Part shown: positions 51,221-64,000 of the stretch, one piece after another
Numbering within the stretch: the stretch's first letter is position 1
Layout: every line of letters starts with the position of its first letter
DNA from: Octopus bimaculoides
Lineage: Eukaryota
Assembly (NCBI RefSeq): GCF_001194135.2
Contig: NC_068990.1
Coordinates: 66,610,283-66,674,282 of the forward strand
Reading direction: 5' to 3'
Length of the DNA: 64,000 nt
The notes under the pieces: model-generated
What the model was told of the DNA's origin: nothing
Database searches by the model: none
Seen by the model: the letters and a program-made list of their open reading frames with translations, nothing else
Position numbers and translations under genes: made by a program

Positions 51221-53229
51221 TCCTCATTAATGAGAATCCTGAGATTTCGGTGAGCTTGGTGGCTGTAATAAATGAAAAATCTTATGCATCGAGCACTCGC
51301 CCTTCGTCTAAGAAAAGAAAGAACTTTTGTCATTTTCACTGTAAACTTTCAAAGTCTAATCCTTGTTCCGTACACACGTCTATCACAAACACACACATAC
51401 AGCACACACGCATATGCGCATATACATGCGCATGCTCCATTTTCTCTGTATATCTAAGTTTTGTGTCTTGATATTCCTCTCTCTCTCTCTCTGTCTTCGT
51501 GTCTCTCTGTCTCTTTCTCAACGTCTCTCTTTCTCTCTCTTCCTTTTCAAAGTTTACTAATTTTATCCCCCAACTCCTGTTTATTTTCTGCCTTTCCCTT
51601 TCAATTTTTCTGTGACTGTCTGTCTATTTGTTCCTCTGCTTGTCTATCTTGGTTGTTTCCTGTCTACCGCGGCAGGAAAAGGAAACACAAGATATGAAAT
51701 ATAACTAATGTCCACAAACACAGCAAGCTATTGTTTCTTAATATCAGTATGTCACCATTATCTTATAAACACATTCATATAGAGGCACATGCAGAGACAG
51801 TGACAAAACGAACACGTAGAGACATACACGCACGCACACACACAAACATATACATGCATATACATATACAAATAAGATTGTTCACCTCCCTGCACGTCTG
51901 TTAATATGGAAATCAGAAATGTTCTTCAATAATTAGGTCCCCAGTCAAAACTGAAGCTAGAACGATATTTGCGTATATTTATATATATATATATATATAT
52001 GTGTGTGTGNNNNNNNNNNTGTGTGTGTGTGTGTGAGTGATTATGTGTTTGTGTGTTTGTGTGCGTGCGTATGCATCTGTATATGCTTATTTGTATACCG
52101 GCATATATGCTCTCATGCGTGTTTCTCTGAACACATACTTAGGCACTTCGCGTTGGTTACTAATGCTCTTACAAAACTCAAAATCTTCAAATTTTCTATG
52201 CTTGTATTTGCTTCTCTGCTTTTCAGTTAATGTCAGAAGTTATAATATTGTATAAAATAGGTTATAAAATTTCTATAAATTCATTACAACACCTCACTGT
52301 GTCTATTAACGAACGCCTTTTAGTTAAATATATGTCTTTTGATGAAGCTTTTAAAAATGGGAAGTATTATATAGCCTAGGAATTTTACCGCAAATTATTT
52401 TATTGACTTCAGAAGAGCAAAATTCTTTGAAAGATCTGGAATGATTCCAAAGACGAATTGCAAGGCTTTATTATAAGAAATACTAAATAACTGTTTCCTC
52501 TTTTATGTGTAGAAGCTGTTGTTGGCGAATAACAATTATCCGCTATATATTCTTTGTTAGAGAGCGAATGACCAAATGTACTGAGTAACAAACCATGAAC
52601 TGAGAAATCGGCGGTTGGTAAACTGTTTCTAGTAGTGTGGGACATAACACGTTAGTCTCAAAAGCGCAATCCACCTAGCTTTAAAATATGTAGCACAAAA
52701 TTCGAACAACTTCTAATTGTTTTAATGAGCCAGAGTCCTAAAAATTTAACATGCCAGTCGATAACTAGGACAACTTGCAATGCTGAATTCATTAATCCCA
52801 AACCTTAATTGCATTATGTGAAGAATAATTCTTTAGTGCCTTTCAATAACTAAGAAATCATCGTGAGTTCTAATTTGAATCTCACAATTTCTTTCTGAGG
52901 GTCCCATACTCATGAAGTTAAAGTAATACTATGTAATAATATACATAATCTATACTAACTATATTTTTATATTTGGTCAACAAACCACTTTCATTTTTGG
53001 CCCTGTGCTTATAGCAGAATGATTACTGAAGTGAACTTGTGTGCTGCAACATATTTTCTTTACCTCGGGAGGGTCATTATGCCAATGATAAACTCACACA
53101 CTGATTCTATTTCACTTCTCTGTTATTTCTCAAATGGTTAATCACTCATTTTCATTCTCCTGGAAAATTTGGAGTTCCAGGCCTTCTTTAGTTTGTGACA
53201 GGACGTTAATACTTGTGCTTTCCTGATCT

Positions 53230-53692
53230 TGATGTCTGGTTCTGAACTGCTCGCCCAACTACCTCAGTACTTATAGATTTCAACAATATTCAATTTGGAA
53301 CCACTCAAAGCAAACAGTTCAGCACCACTTGATTGGTTGAATCAGTGTTTGTATATGGCAGTGAAACATAGACACAAAGAAATTATAGAATCGGCTAATT
53401 GGCTGCTAGACCAGGATACTATAAATCACCCTAAATGTTAAATGGAAGCAACATATCACACACAAATGCCTGTATGGCGACCTGCCGAAAGTAAGCGTGC
53501 TCCACCCTGAACTGGATTATTCTTGCGGAATTCACTCAATAGTGATGTAAGAATAACGAGCACATCGTCATACTTACATCGACAACTTGAAAGCAGACAG
53601 TGGTCTGAAATGTATCCAGGACCTCAAGGTAGTGATGCTGGACCGAGAAATGAGATGCATGGACTGAGTTGATGCGGCTCGGGTTAGAACCN
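53230..53692 (+). mobile_element. RTE-X-like LINE 3' fragment
   Basis: VESVFVYGSET, LNVKWKQHITHKCLYGDLPKVS, YIDNLKADSG; homologous to 17040-17475. Confidence 0.7.
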
Positions 53693-54638
53693 NNNNNNNN
53701 NNNNNNNNNNNNNNNNNNNNNNNNNNNNNNNNNNNNNNNNNNNNNNNNNNNNNNNNNNNNNNNNNNNNNNNNNNNNNNNNNNNNNNNNNNNNNNNNNNNN
53801 NNNNNNNNNNNNNNNNNNNNNNNNNNNNNNNNNNNNNNNNNNNNNNNNNNNNNNNNNNNNNNNNNNNNNNNNNNNNNNNNNNNNNNNNNNNNNNNNNNNN
53901 NNNNNNNNNNNNNNNNNNNNNNNNNNNNNNNNNNNNNNNNNNNNNNNNNNNNNNNNNNNNNNNNNNNNNNNNNNNNNNNNNNNNNNNNNNNNNNNNNNNN
54001 NNNNNNNNNNNNNNNNNNNNNNNNNNNNNNNNNNNNNNNNNNNNNNNNNNNNNNNNNNNNNNNNNNNNNNNNNNNNNNNNNNNNNNNNNNNNNNNNNNNN
54101 NNNNNNNNNNNNNNNNNNNNNNNNNNNNNNNNNNNNNNNNNNNNNNNNNNNNNNNNNNNNNNNNNNNNNNNNNNNNNNNNNNNNNNNNNNNNNNNNNNNN
54201 NNNNNNNNNNNNNNNNNNNNNNNNNNNNNNNNNNNNNNNNNNNNNNNNNNNNNNNNNNNNNNNNNNNNNNNNNNNNNNNNNNNNNNNNNNNNNNNNNNNN
54301 NNNNNNNNNNNNNNNNNNNNNNNNNNNNNNNNNNNNNNNNNNNNNNNNNNNNNNNNNNNNNNNNNNNNNNNNNNNNNNNNNNNNNNNNNNNNNNNNNNNN
54401 NNNNNNNNNNNNNNNNNNNNNNNNNNNNNNNNNNNNNNNNNNNNNNNNNNNNNNNNNNNNNNNNNNNNNNNNNNNNNNNNNNNNNNNNNNNNNNNNNNNN
54501 NNNNNNNNNNNNNNNNNNNNNNNNNNNNNNNNNNNNNNNNNNNNNNNNNNNNNNNNNNNNNNNNNNNNNNNNNNNNNNNNNNNNNNNNNNNNNNNNNNNN
54601 NNNNNNNNNNNNNNNNNNNNNNNNNNNNNNNNNNNNNN

Positions 54639-54754
54639 AAGAAGAAGAAGAAGAAGAAGAAGAAGAAGAAGAAGAAGAAGAAGAAGAAGAAGAAGAAGAA
54701 GAAGAAGAAGAATGATAATGATAATAATAATAATAATGATAATAAAAATAATAA
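54639..54754. repeat. (GAA)n followed by (TAA)n-like tract
   Basis: Directly visible; abuts the Dong copy. Confidence 0.9.
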
Positions 54755-55910
54755 TGGCGCTGGAATCCTGAAGTGGACAGAGGAGCTAAAGATGGACAGG
54801 AAGTCAAGAAGGCTCCTAACGATGAATGGAGCCCATCATCCACGTGCAGACACTGATCACCTATACATGAAGAGAGGAATTGGAGGAAGAAGACTGATGA
54901 GTGTGGAGGACTGTGTACGTATCGAATTCGAGGGCTTAATGAGATACCTAACCCAAAGTAAAGAAACTTTAGTAGTGTCAGTTAGGAACGAGGGAGTTTT
55001 GAAAGCAGAGAATAAAAAGCGAAGTACAAAAAGGACTCAAAGAAGAATTACGCAACAAGGGTCTACTCAATTAATTCCATGTAACCACAACAGAAGTTGC
55101 TTGAAAATAGGTGCGATTGGCTGAAGAAAGGAACACTAAAAAAGAAGTCCAAGAGCACCATACTGACAGCGCAAGGCCAAGCTTTGGCCACGAACTGGAG
55201 GGTCAACCTTTGGAATGAGCAAGTGTTTCCCCTGTGCCGCATCTGTAATAAAGTGGATGAAACCGTTGACCATATCACGAACGAATGCCCTAGACTTGCC
55301 CAAAACCACAAGTTGTGGCGACACGATCAGGTAGCGAAAGTGCTACATTGGAAACTGCGAAAGGTGGGGTTTAGAGAGAAGTAAGACCTGGTATGAGCAC
55401 AAACTGCAGAGACTGGTGGAGTCGGAGACTAGCAAAATCCTCGGGATTTTCCAATCCTAACAGATCGGGTGCTAGAGCATAACAGACCGGGCCTAGTGGT
55501 CGACAAAATGCACCACATGTGCTATAAAGTTGATGCTGCATCTCCCTTTGACCCACGAATAGTCAAGAAGGAATGGAGAAAAATTAGATAAATACAACCC
55601 TCTTAAGTACGAAATAGCCCGGCTATGGGAAATGAAGAAGGTGAATATAGAGCCAATTATTGTTGGGTCCTTGGGAACAGTATCAGAACGCATCAAGAGG
55701 AATATCAAGGAAATTGGAATAGAGTGCGCAGTAGAACTGTTACAAAATTTTGCTTCCTTGGCACGGCCAGAATAATCAGGAAAGTATTATAAAGTTGAAA
55801 GGAACAGATAGCATGGTACCGTAGGCTGCAGGTAGCAAGCCCGCTACGCATGCAAGACTTCAGGAGTTGCAACAAAACCAATGATAAAAAAAATTCATTA
55901 TAATAATGAT
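54755..55910 (+). mobile_element. R4/Dong-clade LINE, 5'-truncated, frameshifted
   Basis: AGILKWT..MDRKSRRLLTMNGAHHPRADTDHLYMKR..GGR; CRICNKVDETVDHITNEC (CCHC); RHDQVAKVLHWKL; WYEH; HNRP; PIIVGSLG. Confidence 0.92.
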
Positions 55911-56568
55911 GATTTATCCAATTAACTCATTGATTATTTGATTAATCATTCGGTTGATCAATCAAACAGTTATATTTGTCAAAGACCTTTCACCGCTAAT
56001 GACATTCCCTCACTACCCCATGTCAAATTCAGGTTTTTCTGGCATAATGACCTTCGTGAGATACAACAAGCTATAATGATCTTCTGTTTAGAAAAGCCTC
56101 GCTAAAAGACTTATATGAAATAAGGTGTGGGTTAGTATAAACTGTGGTATTGTGATAAATTTACAGTAGTTCTATTAAATAGTTTGTTAGTCTTATGGTG
56201 GAAAACGTTTTAACTTGAAACCCTGGTTAATAACATCACTTGATCATCATTGATTTTGTTTAGCCTTAGACTTTTCCCAGTTCCAATATTCCTTACTTCC
56301 TTGTTCAATCACATGCCTCATAAACTTTCTGTTAGATTTAATATATGATGTCTTTATGAGAAAAATCGATTATCATAATAATGCATCGCGCCACACGATT
56401 TATGGCATAATCTACTTCGTTTATATAAGCTCAATCATTTGCGTTCATTTGCGTTCATGTTACACACAGTGTCACCAAATATATCACCACGCCCAATATT
56501 CAGTTCTGTTTCATTGAAGTTGGAAAGGACTTGCCATTTTTTGTTCAATAATAATAATAATAATAATG

Positions 56569-56610
<42 letters not shown>

Positions 56611-57017
56611 GTTTCAAATGTTGGCACAATACTAGCAATTTTGTATCGACCTTACTGTTCAACTGGTACATATTTTATCGACCTCGGAGGGATGAAAGGC
56701 AAAGTCAACCTCGGCGGAATTTGAACTCTGAACGTAAAGAAGGACGAAATACAGCTAAGTTATTTTTGCCCGGCGTGGTAAAGATTCTGCCAGATCGCCG
56801 CCTTAAAAATAATATTAACGATTTAAAGTTTTAGCTGAAGGTCAGCAATATCGGAGGAGGGAGTAAGCCGATTAAATCGACCCTAGTTCACAACTCCTAC
56901 TTGTTTTATCGACCCCAAAATGATGAAAGGCAAAGTCAAACCCAGCAGAATTTGAACTCAGAACATAAAGACAGACGAAATGCCGCTAAGCACTTTGTCC
57001 GGTGTGCTCACCGCCTT
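56611..57017 (-). mobile_element. two tandem SINE family A copies within (AAT)n arrays
   Basis: Copies at 56611-56804 and 56825-57017; (AAT)n lies on both sides. Confidence 0.85.
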
Positions 57018-57018
57018 A

Positions 57019-57086
<68 letters not shown>

Positions 57087-57721
57087 CAACAATAATAATA
57101 ATAATAAGGATGATGACAATGATAATAATAACATTAATATAAGCACAAGGCGAGAAATTTAGGGGAATGTTTATTCGATTACATCAATCCCAGTACTTGA
57201 TTGATACTTTATGTTAAGGATGCCAAATGGAAGAAATACCAAGTGCACTTCAATGGGGTTTCAGTAATGATAATAGGAACAATAGCAACAATAACAGTAA
57301 CATCAACAATAACAACAAGCCAATACTAGTTATTAGGATTAAAATGTTATTGACTAGAAACGGGTTGCAATATCACAGCTCTTCTTTGATTGCTGATGTT
57401 AGCGCTCTTCCTTCTTTTGCATCACACAATCGCCTTCGGAAGTACATAAATGTAATCACGTAATCTTATTTCCCTTTCTTCATATATATCTGAGATTGTT
57501 AGACTTCATAATTATTCACCAAGCGTTGTGCAAACGTTGCAAGAAGTAAGAGGGTAAAGTAGATATTTTCTCGTGTTTAATGATCAAGCTTAACAGACTC
57601 TGTTTCTCTTACATCTCAGCTAAATAGACGGCAAATATATCAATAATATATGAAAATCCACTCAATTGAGAATCTGCCCATCACTTCTATTACAACAAAG
57701 AGTTTGTTACATACTCAAGAT

Positions 57722-57860
<139 letters not shown>

Positions 57861-57869
57861 TCAGTAGTT

Positions 57870-58019
57870 TTATTTTTATAACGTGCTTTCACTTCACTAC
57901 CGAGCGCAGCTCTGTGTGCCTTAGGTATGTGCTGTGGTTTGCTGTGGTGCTCTTATGTTTACTGTATTGAAAGTGTTTTGCGTAGGATGTGTGCAGTGCC
58001 CAGTAGTGCAATTTTCTGT
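57870..58019 (-). mobile_element. R4/Dong 3' end fragment
   Basis: Minus strand QKIALLGTAHILRKTLSIQ* matches the Dong C-terminus (compare ..LGTARIIRKVL* at ~55760); (TAA)n on both sides. Confidence 0.8.
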
Positions 58020-58237
58020 NNNNNNNNNNNNNNNNNNNNNNNNNNNNNNNNNNNNNNNNNNNNNNNNNNNNNNNNNNNNNNNNNNNNNNNNNNNNNNNNN
58101 NNNNNNNNNNNNNNNNNNNNNNNNNNNNNNNNNNNNNNNNNNNNNNNNNNNNNNNNNNNNNNNNNNNNNNNNNNNNNNNNNNNNNNNNNNNNNNNNNNNN
58201 NNNNNNNNNNNNNNNATGATTATTATTATTATTATTG

Positions 58238-58313
<76 letters not shown>

Positions 58314-58335
58314 CATTATCATCATTATTATTAAA

Positions 58336-58402
<67 letters not shown>

Positions 58403-58419
58403 TTGTTGTTGTTCTTCTG

Positions 58420-58625
58420 AAAGCGGGTAGCTGGCAGAATCGTTAGTACGCCGGGCGAAATGCATGGCGGCATTTCGTCTGTCCCTATGTTCTGAACTCA
58501 ATTTCCACTGAGGTCAACTTTGCCTTTCATTCTTTCGGAGTTAATAAAATAAGTACCAGCTGAGTAATCAACTTACCCTACTCCCTCGAAATTGCTAGCA
58601 ATAAGCCAAAATTTGAAGCCAATAT
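58420..58625 (+). mobile_element. SINE family A
   Basis: agctggcagaatcgttagtacgccgggcgaaatgc..ctttgcctttcattc..aaaatttgaagcc. Confidence 0.85.
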
Positions 58626-60290
58626 TCTTGTTGTTGTTGTTGCTCTTCTGTTTTTTTTCTTGTTTTTTTTTGTTATCAGTATTATTGGCCAGCGAAGACG
58701 GCGAGCTGGTAGTACCGTTAGCACGTTAATGATGATGATAATGATGACGATAATGAAGAAGATGATGACGCATGCCGTGTACTTTTGATGCTTGTGCTGA
58801 AGTTGTGTTGTTGTTGTTTTAGGTGTTGTTGCTGTTGTTGTTGGTGGTAGTAGTGGTGGTGGTCACATGGCATAGATGCAATCTTTTATTTACCAATAAA
58901 CATTAAAAACCATAGTATGTCCCAATAAACTGCAGAATTGCTAGCATTTTTGTACTTCATAATTTCTTTGCCTCTATTTATCCAGTTTGTATCTTTGGAG
59001 AATTCTTCATCAATATGACCTTACTAATATTTTGATTCTATTCATTTATATATTTTACCTATCCTTCATCCTATCCAGTCCTCCTTACGACAGGTGTATT
59101 ACGAAACCCTGTAAATAAGTTAATATATACACTTGAAACTGCCTAAGATTAAAATACCGATGTGTATGATGACATTTATATTGTGTATATAAGGGTGGAT
59201 CGGCAGTAGCAATACTCCGAAGAGACTGACGCCACTGAGGAGACTAAATAAGGTAGAAACAACGGGTGCAGCGGACCAAAAGTTATTAGAAACTTATTTA
59301 TAGGAAACTGGTGCATATAGCACCTATAATGTGTATAGAAGCTTGGGATGGCAACAGCTGCAATTTTTCATCCATTTTAGGGTGGAGGAGTGTTGTAATC
59401 TCAGTTAATTGTATACCATAGAAACCGGGATAAGCTGCAGCCTTATATGTCCTTTTGCTTGTGACAGACATATTTTAAAAAAAACGTAATTTCACTATTT
59501 TTTCCGACATCCGCTGTATTTCTCTTTTCGTACCTCGTCGCATCTATTCAATTTATAAATCATTAACTGTATCGATTATTTAGATATCACGTTAACATAT
59601 GAAGCAAATTACTTTACTGGCCATGCTAAATTTTAATTTCAATTTGGTGCGTTGTGACCATATTTAAATACAAATAAAAAAGGTCGGAAAACAAAGTGTT
59701 GTTTCAGTTCCAATCTTAAATCAATAAACTAAAACTTCCTTCCTAAATTTCATTGGAACGTTCCTCATCTGAACATTATTTTCCTTCTTTTCAATTCACC
59801 GTACATATAGCCAGCGGGTGTCATGTTTAGTTTGATATATTCCCGTTGATGCCATTAATATTCGAATCTTGACATCTGTTTGGTTAGTAGTCGCTCATTA
59901 AGTAGTTTGCTGTCCTCAAACTATATTGGGCTTCTCTGGTGGTAACTAAAAGAGTTTAGACTGAATATTGTGATTACTATGTTTAACTTAGCCGCAATCG
60001 TTGTTGATATCTGCCTGGTACATATTTTAAACGTTTCTATAGTTGTTTTATCCACCAAGCAAAAGTGACATAACAATAGCATGATAGTATTGGAGATTTG
60101 TCAACCTCGAAGCAAAATTCATCATCCATTCTTGTTATAACATATAAACAACGTACGAAAGATTAACTTCAATGTTTTGTATTGCACGAGAAAAGGAAGG
60201 AAAAAGTACACCAGTGCACAAATCTTTTGCTAGGGTCTACACACGCAAACTAAAGTTATTTAGTTAATGTGCAGTTCGTCTCTCTGTATG

Positions 60291-60333
<43 letters not shown>

Positions 60334-60635
60334 AATAAGACACGATTATTTAATTCAACTGCACTTAACATCAAATACTTACATGTAACCAATCGACAGC
60401 TAAAGGTAGGATGATTATAATCAAATTCTTCTGGTTACGTCTATCAAAAATACTAAACTAGACGACCTGGCATTTCAAAGTGGACAATAAATATATATTA
60501 AGCGGTAATTTAGAGTGGGTGTGCAATATGGCATCTAATGTTGACATATTTTCGTTTGGAGAATGTAATCAGTTTGCTAATATCTTCAACCCCTGCTTAG
60601 CATACATCTGCAGAGAGTGCGGGCATATCTCGACA

Positions 60636-60706
<71 letters not shown>

Positions 60707-60711
60707 ATCTT

Positions 60712-60750
<39 letters not shown>

Positions 60751-60762
60751 ATCTATCTAGCC

Positions 60763-60819
<57 letters not shown>

Positions 60820-61208
60820 CTATCTCTCTACACACACACAAGCACACATATACACGTGCACACAAATACATATGTGTGCTTGTGCAAGTGTGTGTGAGTA
60901 GTGCAGTGCATCTTTCTAATAAGTAACTACAGTTTGATTCTATTCAATTAGTATCAAAGACATCAATAACCTACATCTATGCAATCGATATGTGTGCGGT
61001 TGTGTGTGTGTGTTTACGCTTGTGCATATGTAAGTGTGCATATGTGAGTGTGCGTGTCTGTGTTGGATATTGTTATGAATTTAAAGGTATTCTAAGACTA
61101 ACAACAAAATATTTACTGATTGTATCATGTTTGACTGAGCTCAGAGTGAAATTTATTGCGAAGTTCTAATTAACAAGGTTTCAGATTTCACCAGACTCTT
61201 TCTTTCTT

Positions 61209-61265
<57 letters not shown>

Positions 61266-61296
61266 TTCTCTTTCTCTCTTTTTCTCTCTCTCTCAA

Positions 61297-61410
<114 letters not shown>

Positions 61411-61499
61411 ACCCCCCTCTGTCTGTCTGTCTGATGGAATATATATATTCCATCATGTTTAACCGTTAATCCCTACACATATTTCATCATTCTCTCCAA

Positions 61500-61620
61500 T
61501 TTTTTCCTCTCACTCCTTTCTGTTGAAGGGTGTACGCTCGGAACATCATTCCCTTCTTCCCGAACGCAAAACTAATACACCTGATTGTTATTCCCTCGCC
61601 TGACTTCGTCTTTTGTGTTC
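61500..61620 (+). mobile_element. short PLE-derived repeat with a degenerate hammerhead (61516-61550)
   Basis: CUUU-CUGUUGA-A-GGGU-guac-GCUC-GGAACAUC; the downstream aatac..ttc..ttttgtgttc resembles the 35430-35560 element. Confidence 0.5.
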
Positions 61621-62343
61621 ATACATACATATATACATACATACATACATACATACATACATCTTCCTAGATTGTCTACAATTTTCCCGAGCACTTTTTA
61701 ATATTTCGTGACACTCGTTCAATTTCTATGAACTTTTTACAAATCCTGTGGGTCTCAAAACAATTTCTTTGATTCGGTATAGGGAACCGAAATAGTATTA
61801 AATCAAAATACCTATCTATGTATGATTCATGCAGATTACTATTGATACAGTATATATATATATATATCTTGTTGATAGGATAGTTACCGTAGTATTCGAC
61901 CAGAGGTAAGATCTATTATGAATTTGGTGTTTCAAAAACATAAATAGATATCAGAATGAAAATTCATCCCTTCAGGTGTCAAGCAAAATGCCAGATGGAT
62001 TTCGGCCATTTTGAGACTTTCAAACAACAAACCTGTCTTTTTCGTTAATTGCATGTCAATTTGGAGCTTCTTATTTTTGGAATTATCTCCTCTTCTCAGG
62101 TGGGGCCGGTCTTAATCAATTGTCATTTGGTGATTATGATACATCCTCTATAAGCGGAGAAAGATTTAACAAATCATGAACTCTTGTATAATGTTTGACG
62201 TGCCGGTATTTGCCTATGATATTCAAATATATGCCAATGCACGCATAGAGCTATATATCTTCACTCATTTTGATTTATGCACGTGTGTGTATGTGTGCAT
62301 GTGTATGTGTGCATGTGTATGTGTGCGTATGTGAGTTTGCCTT

Positions 62344-62390
<47 letters not shown>

Positions 62391-62834
62391 TTTAAAACTA
62401 TAAGCAGAAAACAAATTGTTGATGCTTAAAATGTTTCTTTACGATCGTAGTTTATAATCAATAAATAATAATCAATAATTAGTGCATATTATACCGGTAC
62501 TTAACTATCATNNNNNNNNNNNNNNNNNNNNNNNNNNNNNNNNNNNNNNNNNNNNNNNNNNNNNNNNNNNNNNNNNNNNNNNNNNNNNNNNNNNNNNNNN
62601 NNNNNNNNNNNNNNNNNNNNNNNNNNNNNNNNNNNNNNNNNNNNNNNNNNNNNNNNNNNNNNNNNNNNNNNNNNNNNNNNNNNNNNNNNNNNNNNNNNNN
62701 NNNNNNNNNNNNNNNNNNNNNNNNNNNNNNNNNNNNNNNNNNNNNNNNNNNNNNNNNNNNNNNNNNNNNNNNNNNNNNNNNNNNNNNNNNNNNNNNNNNN
62801 NNNNNNNNNNNNNNNNNNNATATATATATATATA

Positions 62835-62950
62835 TATATATATAAATGGCGCTCTGTTTGGATGTCTCTTTGTGTTAAGTTGCTGTCTAAACCCGTTAAC
62901 GAATCTTCGTGAAACTTTTTATACATGTTAAACCACATCCAGTTTGTTAC
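62835..62950 (+). mobile_element. possible Helitron/HINE-like 5' segment
   Basis: (AT)n then ctgtttggatgtc..ccgttaacgaatcttcgtgaaactttt, resembling HINE-type ends; no 3' end found. Confidence 0.3.
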
Positions 62951-64000
62951 TAGGCTCATGGCAGTTTAATACAAATCTATAATTCGACGGTTAGTGCACC
63001 TAGAAGCGGTGCATATATAACCCATCTATTTTCCTTTAACGACCAAAGGGAAATAACCCATTCACTTTTCTTTGTTTATCTCTTTTGCCTACTGGTCATT
63101 TCTCCTTCCGTTTATTAGAGAAGCCATATCATTAGAGTGACCGCTTGCCAGTGGTTACGTTGTATAAATACGTGTGCGGCAAAAATAAAAATAAACTTTA
63201 GGGGTGTGTAAATTACATAAGTAGATCGTTTCCAGAATTGTTTTAGAAATGTTATTCTTGAAAAAAGCCGTACAAAATTTAAACATTCGTACACAAAGCT
63301 GACTCATTTAATGTCAGAATAAGTTTTTACTGAAAAGAATAAGGACTTAAATATAATGAAGATGTGTTCTATTTATGCTGGACGGTATAATGCTTACTTT
63401 TTCCGTATAAATTTACTAAAACCATTAAATGGTTAACTACTTTTTGAAGTCTGACGTTCATCTTGGTAATCACGGTCCGAGCCAGATTGCTTTGAGTTTC
63501 TACCTATCACAATGGAACACCATTGACATATATAGTGATATGGATATTCTTGACAGAAAAAATCTTGATTGTGCTTTTATTTGTGTCTGTTTATTATTAG
63601 GCACAGTTTCAAGTTTGTCGCACTGTTTACGTCAATTTCGAACATTGGCTTCATTAGCATTGAAATGCCTTCCGGCAGCTCTGTTGTCACTTTCAGATGC
63701 ATATTCACCATATTTAATTTCTCCTTCGCAGTAAACGATTCATAAGTTCTTCCCATACTGACAAAAACGGTAATGACAATTTTTAAAGTTTGTTTGACAT
63801 TTTATAAGCATGAAAGGGATTAAAATTTCCATACTCTGTATCAAAGGTTCCCACAAGAATAAGCGGAAAATCAGAACTTGAGACAAGAAGTCACTTTCAT
63901 CCAATCACAATTGTTTACATAAGTTTGATTGGTCACTTTCCTCTGTCGGTTGAGTAAAGTGTCATCCAAGCTGATATTTATTGGTAATTAAACTTAATTT

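Noticed and set aside
52409-52645. 78-aa minus-strand ORF in unique sequence
   Set aside because: No recognisable motif and marginal splice signals; length is within chance expectation.

Overview
AT-rich eukaryotic repeat and microsatellite DNA from a gapped short-read scaffold (20 N-gaps, most flanked by simple repeats). The SINE families I recognise point to an octopus (coleoid cephalopod) genome; this is inferred from memory, not from a search. No host protein-coding gene can be assigned with confidence. Almost all ORFs in the supplied track come from microsatellites or N-runs, and the ORFs with recognisable protein motifs are decayed transposon fragments: mariner, Penelope-like RT and GIY-YIG, RTE/RTE-X, CR1, R4/Dong, HERO-like and Tx1-like. 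Three tRNA-derived SINE families (labelled A, B and C here) and several MITEs or Helitron-type elements fill the rest. Three signals stand out. (1) A complete type I hammerhead ribozyme fold with a canonical core on the minus strand at 1771-1829, inside a ~313-335 bp unit bounded by direct repeats (retrozyme-like). (2) Four or more degenerate Penelope-type minimal hammerheads elsewhere in the window. (3) An R4/Dong element that keeps both ends but has lost its RT through in-frame internal deletions, alongside other Dong copies sitting in (TAA)n arrays.
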